A DNA stretch of 64,000 nt from Candidatus Woesebacteria bacterium GW2011_GWA1_44_23 (GTDB lineage: Bacteria; Patescibacteriota; Microgenomatia; UBA8517), in contig LCIL01000005.1 of the NCBI GenBank assembly GCA_001001045.1, positions 21,409 through 85,408 on the forward strand, written 5' to 3'. The notes under the pieces are model-generated. The model was not told where the DNA came from, did not search any database, and saw only the letters and a list, made by a program, of their open reading frames with translations. A program made the position numbers and the translations under genes. Shown here in pieces: positions 43,904-51,949 of this stretch; the first letter of the stretch is position 1; every line of letters starts with the position of its first letter.

Positions 43904-44572
43904 ATGATCAAAAAAATTATGTTATATGGCAGTTTCTTGGCTGCCAGCTCTGCTGATACGGCCGTTTTCCTTGCGTCTAATGATTATTTTCATCTTGCGC
44001 TTGCCATCCTTCTTTATTTCCCGTTAATTTATATTGCTTTTATAATATTTCCTCGCAGAACCGAATTTGCTGGGAATGTCCCAATCCACCAGGGAAATGG
44101 AATAGAGCCAAACCTGCTAACCACTAACAAGATCGGACAATTTTCCGGCTCCCCTTCCCCTTCGACCGACAGCGTCGAAGTTTCCGACATCAATAAACGG
44201 GTGTTTCTCAAAATGATTGGGGCTACGGGTTTATCCTTCTTCATTTCTTCTCTTATTTCAAAAAGGTTGCCTTCTCATGTTTTCGGGCAATCTGAAGAAC
44301 CAACAACAACCTCTATCATAGATTCCACAGGAGAGGCAGTAGACCCTGCCAAGCACCACCCCACTGACAGCTATAAAATTTCCGAGGTCGACTATGGAAT
44401 TAATACCTATTATGGCTTTATTGATGAAAATGATGGCTGGTTCATTATGGAACAAGATACAAATGCCGGAACCTACCGTTATATAAAAGGCAATGCGAAT
44501 TTTCCTGATAATTGGAGGAGCCGCGAAAGTCTTACATATGACTATTACAATAAAATTTTTGCCAAATCGTGA
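43904..44572 (+). CDS. Membrane protein with internal Tat-like signal (paralog of 27419..28009)
   Basis: DINKRVFLKMIGATGLSFFISSLI; C-terminal YKISEVD...YYGF...WFIM...YRY...W..R..L.YDYY. Confidence 0.75.
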   Translation: MIKKIMLYGSFLAASSADTAVFLASNDYFHLALAILLYFPLIYIAFIIFPRRTEFAGNVPIHQGNGIEPNLLTTNKIGQFSGSPSPSTDSVEVSDINKRVFLKMIGATGLSFFISSLISKRLPSHVFGQSEEPTTTSIIDSTGEAVDPAKHHPTDSYKISEVDYGINTYYGFIDENDGWFIMEQDTNAGTYRYIKGNANFPDNWRSRESLTYDYYNKIFAKS

Positions 44573-44574
44573 TC

Positions 44575-44859
44575 TTAATACGTGTTTACAATCAATAGGA
44601 AGTTGAATAGTAAGTGAAGCATGATTTGGACGACGATAGACTTGGGATCGAAAGCGTACCCCACTAGGAATACTCCCGGTGTTTCGATGGAAGCCATGTA
44701 CAAAGCAACAGCCAGTGTGGCTAGGACCAAACCGTGATTACCCACCCACTGGTCCTGCTCAAAGCCGAACAAAGAATCGATGGCAAACGAGTTGAAAGCT
44801 AGCCTGCCGTACCACAGAAAAGCGGTATTTTTATGGCGCTTCAGAAAACCACTTCGCAA
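44575..44859 (-). pseudogene. Possible fragment of a membrane protein (CPBP/CAAX-protease-like C-terminus)
   Basis: Hydrophobic ORF ending SIVVQIMLHLLFNFLL (H-x3-N motif); no convincing start. Confidence 0.25.
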
Positions 44860-44887
44860 ATGTCAATTGATGTTTGTAAACTCACAA

Positions 44888-44962
44888 AATCTTATAGTTG
44901 GAACGCACAAAAATGTATATAATGGCTTAGCCGTTTGAAACGGTTGTGTTGTTGTATAAATG
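44888..44962 (+). promoter_or_regulatory. Conserved promoter/leader of SP-repeat gene 2
   Basis: AATCTTATAGTT-N12-AATGTATATAATGGCTTAGCCGTTTGAAACGGTTGTGTTGTTGTATA, matching 37497..37574. Confidence 0.75.
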
Positions 44963-45050
44963 ATACTTATTATTGTTAATAGGCCGCATGCGAATAAAAA
45001 TATATTTTAATGCTGTAATTTATGTAGGTTTTACGTTCAAGTAATCTAAA

Positions 45051-48000
45051 ATGGCAACACGGTTGTATCTACCATCAACGGGGACTCCCGCGGTAACCCC
45101 CGCTTATAGTGCGTCTTGGACCGGAACTGACGAGGCGTCAAGGCTAAGTGCTGTAACAACAAAAATCTCTTCGGCGATGGCCTCTGCTTCGACCACAACC
45201 GATACCAGTAAAGTCCCGGATGCTTATCTCATGAGGCAGTACGTTTCTGATCCTTTGACCACTCAAACAATTTTAGCCCAAACAGTCAAATGGCAAATTA
45301 GAGCCTCTGAGACAAACCTATCAAACAATATTTTTACCGCAATTACTATTAGAAGTTGGGACGGTGCTTCTACTTTTCAAACACTGCTTGCTTTAACCTA
45401 TGACGGTACGGAGTTAACAACGTCTCTGGTCAACAGACAATTTAGCGCCACAACCACAGAGGTAAGTATTACTTCCGGAGACAGGTTAATTATTGAAATC
45501 GGAGTAGGTGGTGACCCTACACCCTCCGGATCCGACTTTCATCACGGATCCTTGCGTATTGGAGACGCATCATCAACGGACCTGCCAGAAAATGATACCG
45601 ATACAAACGATTACAATCCCTGGGTCGAGTTTGCAAATACTTTGACATTCGCTGTGGCCGGCCCTTCGTTTTCGCCATCGGTTTCTCCTTCAGTTTCTCC
45701 TTCGGTTTCTCCTTCTATTTCCCCTAGTATTTCTCCGTCAGTTTCTCCCAGTATTTCTCCTTCTATTTCACCTTCAATTTCACCATCTGTTTCCCCTAGT
45801 ATTTCTCCGTCAGTTTCTCCCAGTATTTCTCCTTCTATTTCACCTTCAATTTCACCATCTGCCTCGATATCCCCTTCTATTAGTCCAAGTGAGTCTCCTT
45901 CGGTTTCACCATCAATCAGCCCGTCAATTTCACCATCTGAATCACCATCGACAAGTCCTTCGGTAAGTCCCAGTGCTTCACCGTCGGTCTCACCGTCAGA
46001 AAGTCCATCCGAAAGCCCATCAGAATCTCCTTCGGTTTCTCCGTCAATTTCTCCCAGCGCTTCGCCTTCGGTATCACCATCCGAATCTCCGTCAGCGAGT
46101 CCTTCTATATCCCCTTCAATATCACCCAGTCCGAGTATGTCTCCTTCAACCTCACCAAGCACATCTCCTTCAATAAGCCCTTCCGAATCACCATCGGCTA
46201 GCCCTTCAATTAGCCCTAGCTTATCTCCATCTGTTTCTCCATCAGAAAGTCCATCGGAGAGCCCGTCCGTTTCTCCAAGTGTCTCACCGTCTGTTTCACC
46301 TTCCATTGCCTCCAGCTTTTCACCTTCTATCTCACCTTCGGAAAGCCCGTCGGTGTCCCCGTCGGTGTCCCCGTCCCTTTCCCCGAGTGCCTCCCCAAGC
46401 ATTAGTCCGTCTGTTTCTCCTTCAGCTTCGATTTCACCATCTTATTCACCGTCTGTTTCACCTTCAGTCTCTCCATCGCAATTAGCCCTTCCATAAGCCC
46501 CTCCCTTTCTCCCTCGGTTAGTCCGAGTCTGTCTCCATCGGTCTCCCCGAGTGCCTCCCCAAGCATTAGTCCGTCTGTTTCTCCTTCAGCTTCGATTTCA
46601 CCATCTATGAGCCCCTCCGAATCACCATCTACGTCTCCTTCCACGTCACCGTCGATTTCGCCTTCGGTTTCACCAAGCCCGAGTATTAGTCCCTCAGTAA
46701 GTCCGAGTTTTTCTCCGTCAGTTTCATCGTCAATCTCACCAAGCATTTCACCCTCCGTCTCGCCGTCACCGTCGATATCTCCTTCAATAAGTCCGTCCGT
46801 TTCACCTTCCCCCGGCTCCAGTTTTTCTCCATCCATAAGTCCGTCAATCTCGCCTTCGATTAGCTCTAGTGTTTCGCCGTCAGTCAGCCCGTCGGTATCA
46901 CCATCTCCCTCCGTCTCGCCTTCGGTTTCGCCAAGCCCGAGTATTAGTCCCTCAATAAGCCCGAGTGTCTCTCCGTCAGTCTCTCCCAGTGTAAGTTCAT
47001 CGGTTTCTCCCTCAGTATCGCCATCGGCGTCGATCTCGCCATCTATATCTCCAAGCAAGTCGCCATCAGTGTCTCCAAGTGTATCCGTCAGTATCTCCCC
47101 TTCGGTTTCGCCTTCACCATCCATCTCGCCTTCAGTAAGCCCATCGGTAAGTGCGTCGATCTCTCCTTCTATCAGTTCCAGTGTCTCGCCTTCTGTCTCC
47201 CCAAGTCCTAGCATGTCCTCATCGATAAGCCCGTCGGCGTCCCCGTCTGTTAGTCCGTCCGTTTCCTCATCTGTTAGTCCGTCTATTTCCCCGTCACCGT
47301 CAGCATCACCTTCGAATAGCCCATCGGTAAGTCCATCGATCTCTCCTTCAGTAAGTCAAAGCATTTCCCTTTCGGTTTCTCCTTCCCCATCCGTCTCGCC
47401 TTCGGTAAGCCCATCGGTTTCCCTGTCTGCATCGCCGTCCGGATCGCCGTCTGTTTCACCATCGGTTTCTCCCTCACTGTCTGTTTCGCCATCCGTCTCC
47501 CCGAGCCCAAGTGCTTCACCATCCGTAAGTGCCTCGATCTCTCCTTCAATAAGTCCGTCCGTTTCGCCTTCCCCCGGCTCCAGTTATTCTCCTTCCATAA
47601 GTCCGTCAATCTCGCCTTCAATTAGCCCGAGTCTGTCTCCATCGGTCTCCCCGAGTGCCTCCCCAAGCATTAGTCCGTCTGTTTCTCCTTCAGCTTCGAT
47701 TTCACCATCTTATTCACCGTCTGTTTCACCTTCAGTCTCTCCATCGGTGTTTCGGCATCCATTAGCCCATCTACCTCGCCCTCGGTTTCCATATCTCCGT
47801 CTATTTCACCCAGTAAATCTCCGTCTATTTCACCAAGTGTTTCTCCCAGTATTTCCGCCTCTATTTCTCCAAGTCCTAGTATTTCGCCTTCAATTAGCCC
47901 AAGTGTGTCTCTTTCGGTGTCTCCCAGTGTTAGCCTGTCAATTTCTCCCTCCGTCTCGCCATCACCTTCCCTGTCCCCGTCCTTTAGTCCAAGCCAATCT

Positions 48001-49365
48001 CCTTCGGTTAGTCCGAGTGTTTCCCCGTCAGTCAGCCCGTCGGTATCACCATCTCCTTCGATCTCGCCATCGGTGTCACCAAGCGCGAGTATCAGCCCTT
48101 CAATAAGTCCGAGTATTTCTCCGTCAGTTTCTCCCAGCGTAAGTTCATCGGTTTCTCCCTCGGTATCGCCCTCACCGTCGATTTCACCTTCAATGAGCCC
48201 ATCGGTAAGTCCATCAATCTCTCCTTCAATAAGTCAAAGCATTTCCCCTTCGGTTTCGCCCTCTATTGGTGTAAGTATTTCTCCATCGGTTAGTCCCAGC
48301 GTCTCAGTATCCAAATCCCCGAGTATTTCACCGTCAAAGTCTCCGTCCTTAAGTCCGTCGGTTTCACCCTCGCCTTCCCGTTCGCCCTCTCTTAGCCCAA
48401 GTGAGTCCGCTTCTGTTTCACCCTCTGCTTCACTTTCGCCGTCGGAATCCGCTTCGGTAAGTCCTTCCTTCTCACCATCGGCTTCCATCTCACCCTCAAG
48501 AAGCCCTTCTATTTCACCTTCTATAAGTCCCAGTATTTCACCCTCAAAGTCTCCATCAGCAAGCCCGTCCACTTCTCCCTCTGCTTCAATCTCGCCATCT
48601 TTGAGCAAGTCTGCCTCACCTTCAAGATCGCCTTCAGTTTCCCCGTCAGGATCGGCGTCAATTTCACCTTCATCAAGCTCATCGGTCTCACCTTCGGTAT
48701 CAATCTCGCCAAGTGTTTCTCCTTCGGTTTCTCCAAGCCCCAGTCTGTCACCTTCTGTAAGTCCAAGTAAATCGCCCTCTCTTTCTCCGTCAATCTCACC
48801 AAGCTTTTCTCCGTCGGTTTCTATCTCCCCTTCATTAAGCGCATCGGTCTCGCCAAGCCCGAGCGTTTCTCCTTCCCCTTCCCTCTCCCTGTCCATTTCA
48901 CCAAGCGTTTCTCCGTCGGCTTCTATATCACCTTCGGTTTCGCCACCAAATTCAATTTCACCTTCCATTTCCCCCTCAAGCGCTCCTGTTGCGAGCGCCT
49001 CGCCTTCGGTTTCCCCGTCCCCATCAGCTGCCGGGGTGGCTTCTTCTGTCTCGCCGTCACCTTCTCCGGCGGTAATTGTTTACTCGGCCAGTGCCAGCCC
49101 ATCAACCTCTTTCAGTCCTTCCATCCCCCCAGTTCCGGAAGAGCCGATACTGTATAAAAATCCAACTATTTTCAGAAACAAAAGAGTATCTGTAGGTGTG
49201 AGCTATGTTCCAAGCGGACAGCCAAGACTCCCGTCATGGAACACGGCGGGAAGACCCAAAAACCCAAGGGCAAGAGTCGTCGGATTTAATTTCGCAACTT
49301 CCAGTTTAGAATATTGGAATGGATCAAAGTGGTTAATACTACCTATGAAGAGGATCAAAACTTAG
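45051..49365 (+). CDS. Mucin-like Ser/Pro-repeat protein 2 (~1440 aa; frame breaks near 46480 and 47748)
   Basis: ORFs 45051, 46607 and 47905 join into a ~200-aa N-terminal beta domain, (SPSX)n, and C-terminal LPSWNTAGRP...GFNFAT..LEYWNG..W. No signal peptide. Confidence 0.8.
45664..49130 (+). repeat. Degenerate (Ser-Pro-Ser-X) coding repeat
   Basis: Same periodicity as gene 1; includes an exact ~95-nt duplication (about 46383-46478 and 47651-47746). Confidence 0.9.
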
Positions 49366-49376
49366 CAGGTTGGGCA

Positions 49377-49401
49377 TCTTGTAAGGAGAGACCTTTCAAG
49401 G
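49377..49401. repeat. REP-like imperfect palindrome, right copy (inverted relative to 26220..26244)
   Basis: TCTTGTAAGGAGAGACCTTTCAAGG; stem CTTG-x-AAGG / CCTT-x-CAAG. Confidence 0.55.
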
Positions 49402-49486
49402 AGGCTAACAGGAAGATTAACCATTAACCTATCAAATTTTTACTATTGATATGGGGTGGTAAGATTAATATAATAATTTAAACAAT

Positions 49487-49681
49487 ATGGCAATTTCTTC
49501 ACCGGTACTTGTTGAGATAGGTCAGGGTTTGTCTTTAATGGTCGGTCTCCCGACGATCGCATCTTGGAATTCTCAGAAGCGTCCGCAAAAAGCAAAAAGG
49601 GGTACGTTCGGATTTAACACCCAGACAAAAAGTTTGGAATATTGGGACGGGTCGGGGTGGTACACTGCCAAGCTTAGTTAG
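49487..49681 (+). CDS. Small protein consisting of the SP-protein C-terminal domain
   Basis: IASWNSQKRPQKAKRGTFGFNTQTKSLEYWDGSGW aligns with both SP-protein C-termini. Confidence 0.75.
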   Translation: MAISSPVLVEIGQGLSLMVGLPTIASWNSQKRPQKAKRGTFGFNTQTKSLEYWDGSGWYTAKLS

Positions 49682-49731
49682 TCAAAAGTACTACTTGTTT
49701 TTTTATAATTTCGGATTAATAATGTTGCAAG

Positions 49732-49935
49732 ATGCTTAATTTCATTAAAAATATCGGTCCCGTAGAGTGGGTGGTTATTCTTCTTATTCTGATAATAATT
49801 TTCGGCCGCAAAATACTTGTAAGCCTTGGCCGTGCCAGTGGTGAAACAGTTAGGGAACTGAAAAGCGTTAAGAAAAGCTTGACCGACGCTGTTGAAGGAA
49901 CAGAGGACAAGCCCGAGAAGAAGGAGGTGTCTTAA
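49732..49935 (+). CDS. tatA: TatA/TatB-family translocase subunit
   Basis: IGPVEWVVILLILIIIFG hinge, then amphipathic LGRASGETVRELK. Confidence 0.8.
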   Translation: MLNFIKNIGPVEWVVILLILIIIFGRKILVSLGRASGETVRELKSVKKSLTDAVEGTEDKPEKKEVS

Positions 49936-49941
49936 AAATTT

Positions 49942-50103
49942 ATGTTTCAATCGATAGGGACAACAGAGTGGATAATAATTGCCGTCTTGGTACTTTTACT
50001 CTTCGGAGGAAAAAAGATTCCGGAATTTTTCAAAGGCATCGGTGAGGCCGTCAGGGAGTTTAAGAAAGCTTCAAAAGATACCGACGAGAAAAAAGAAGGA
50101 TAA
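49942..50103 (+). CDS. tatA: TatA translocase subunit (53 aa, below ORF-track cutoff)
   Basis: [53 protein letters not shown]; RBS AAGGAGGT at 49921. Confidence 0.92.
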   Translation: MFQSIGTTEWIIIAVLVLLLFGGKKIPEFFKGIGEAVREFKKASKDTDEKKEG

Positions 50104-50123
50104 TCCAGTAGAATGTTCTCAAG

Positions 50124-50873
50124 GTGGAAAACATCAAGGCTCTCGGATCCCCCGAAGTTAAAGAAGCGCTAGCCAAGTACTCTCACTATTTGGTTGAAGC
50201 CCGCAAAAAGATCATATTTACGCTTATTGTTTTCGTTCTGGCAACTTTCGTGGGTTTTTTCTTTTATGAACAGATAATAAAATTTCTGGTTGATTTCCTG
50301 AGTCTTACCGGAATCAACATAGTTTTCACTTCCCCATTCCAGTTTATCAATCTTGCAATCAGTTGCGGCGTGGCAACCGGCATAATATTTTCCTTTCCGC
50401 TTCTTGTCTTCCAAATCATGTCCTTTTTGAAGCCGGCTCTCAGAGGAAAAGAATATAAAATGATCATGAGGCTCCTGCCCTTTTCCCTTATTCTTTTCGC
50501 TTTGGGGTTTTCATTCGGGGTTTTTATTATGAAATGGCAGGTCCAGATATTTTTAAGCAGGGCAGTTTCAATCGGCATCGGCAACATCCTGGACATAAGT
50601 AAGCTTTTATCGGTAGTTCTTTTAACCTCCGCTCTGATGGGGATAGGTTTCCAGTTTCCTATCCTGTTGCTTCTTCTTCTCAGAATCGGTCTAATTACCA
50701 ACGGTCAACTTCGTAAAATCCGTAAATGGGTTTATCTCGGTTCTTTCGTGTTCGCGCTGCTGCTGCCGCCGGATTCAATTTTGGCAGACGTACTTTTATC
50801 GCTGCCTTTGATAATCCTTTACGAAATTACCCTGATTCTAGATAGAACTTTTGACGGTCACCGTTTAACCTAA
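50124..50873 (+). CDS. tatC: TatC translocase subunit
   Basis: Six TMs; HYLVEARKK, FTSPFQF, FLKPALRGKE, GIGFQFP, LLPPDS, PLIILYEIT; follows two tatA genes. Confidence 0.88.
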   Translation: MENIKALGSPEVKEALAKYSHYLVEARKKIIFTLIVFVLATFVGFFFYEQIIKFLVDFLSLTGINIVFTSPFQFINLAISCGVATGIIFSFPLLVFQIMSFLKPALRGKEYKMIMRLLPFSLILFALGFSFGVFIMKWQVQIFLSRAVSIGIGNILDISKLLSVVLLTSALMGIGFQFPILLLLLLRIGLITNGQLRKIRKWVYLGSFVFALLLPPDSILADVLLSLPLIILYEITLILDRTFDGHRLT

Positions 50874-51821
50874 GCGGTTTGCCTTAAACCAATCGACAAA
50901 TTCGGTTAGACCAGCCTCCAAGGTGATCTTGGATTCAAATCCGAGAAGTTTTTTGGCCTTTGAGGTATCCGCATACGTGTTTCTCGATTCCCCGCTGAGA
51001 CTTGGAAGATATTTGATTTTTGCCTTCTTACCGGTTATTTTTTCCAAAACGGAAATAAACTTTTTAATGCTTACCGGACGGCTTGCGCCGAGGTTAATTA
51101 TTTCGTAACCGAAAGGTTTGGCAAGGGCAAGTGTTATGCCCCGGACAATATCTTTTATGTTCGTAAAGTCGCGCGTTGCACGCCCGTCCCCGTTCAGGTT
51201 AATTTTTTTACCTGTTAAGAGAGATTGCGTAAAAATGTAAGGTGACATGTCGGGGCGCCCCTTGGGGCCGTAGACAGTAAAAAAACGGAGTATGGTAACG
51301 TTTAGGCCGTAAATCATGTGGTAGGTGTAGCAAAGGAGCTCAGCCGACCTTTTGGACATCGCGTAGGGATTAAGAGGCTTAAGACACGGCGCATCTTCCT
51401 TTGAGGGAATGGGTTCATCATTGCCGTAGACCGATGAGGATCCTGCAAATACGACGTCTTTAACTCCCATTTCCCTTGCGGCCTCCAAAACGTTAAGGGT
51501 ACCGGTAACATTTGTTTTGATGTATAAATCCGGGTTTTTAAGCGAATTTCTTACCCCTACTCTTGCGGCCAAATGGACAACTTTATCGAAGTGAAGCCCC
51601 TTAAGAAGGCGCATTAACCGGGCGCGGTCCTCAATATCGACGTTCAAAACCCGCAGGCGTTTATTTTTGAGCCTACGGATATTTTCCTTCTTGAAAAGGA
51701 TGTCATAATAGTCACTGAAATTATCAACACAGGTAACCTTGTCCCCTTTTTTAAGTAGTTCCTCAATTAAACTTGAGCCGATAAATCCGGCGCCTCCCGT
51801 AACAAGAATTTTCATATTCAA
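50865..51821 (-). CDS. NAD-dependent UDP-sugar 4-epimerase (UDP-glucuronate epimerase-like SDR)
   Basis: ILVTGGAGFIGS, HLAARVGVRNS, SSSVYG, YAMSK, RFFTVYGPKGRPDM. Confidence 0.88.
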   Translation of the reverse strand: MNMKILVTGGAGFIGSSLIEELLKKGDKVTCVDNFSDYYDILFKKENIRRLKNKRLRVLNVDIEDRARLMRLLKGLHFDKVVHLAARVGVRNSLKNPDLYIKTNVTGTLNVLEAAREMGVKDVVFAGSSSVYGNDEPIPSKEDAPCLKPLNPYAMSKRSAELLCYTYHMIYGLNVTILRFFTVYGPKGRPDMSPYIFTQSLLTGKKINLNGDGRATRDFTNIKDIVRGITLALAKPFGYEIINLGASRPVSIKKFISVLEKITGKKAKIKYLPSLSGESRNTYADTSKAKKLLGFESKITLEAGLTEFVDWFKANRLG

Positions 51822-51848
51822 AACTGAGGGCAGTATACTCCAAAGATG

Positions 51849-51919
51849 TGGACCGTGGGGGAATTGAACTCCCTTTTCCGCAATGCGAATGCGGTGTACT
51901 ACCGGTGTACTAACGGCCC
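51849..51919 (-). tRNA. tRNA-Ala(CGC)
   Basis: GGGCCGT/ACGGTCC-A acceptor stem with G3:U70, anticodon arm CCGCA-TTCGCAT-TGCGG, T-loop GTTCAATT; CCA not encoded. Confidence 0.92.
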
Positions 51920-51949
51920 AGACACACTTGGATTATACCAAAGTATTCC

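Noticed and set aside
39130-48968. Long minus-strand ORFs rich in GETDG/GLTEG
   Set aside because: They are antisense shadows of the Ser-Pro repeats, with no RBS or independent features.
39235-49130. Possible CRISPR array or DGR-type repeats
   Set aside because: The periodicity is a coding tetrapeptide; there is no constant repeat with unique spacers, no cas gene and no reverse transcriptase.
49979-50161. 60-aa ORF in the track
   Set aside because: Wrong frame; the real gene is tatA at 49942..50103.
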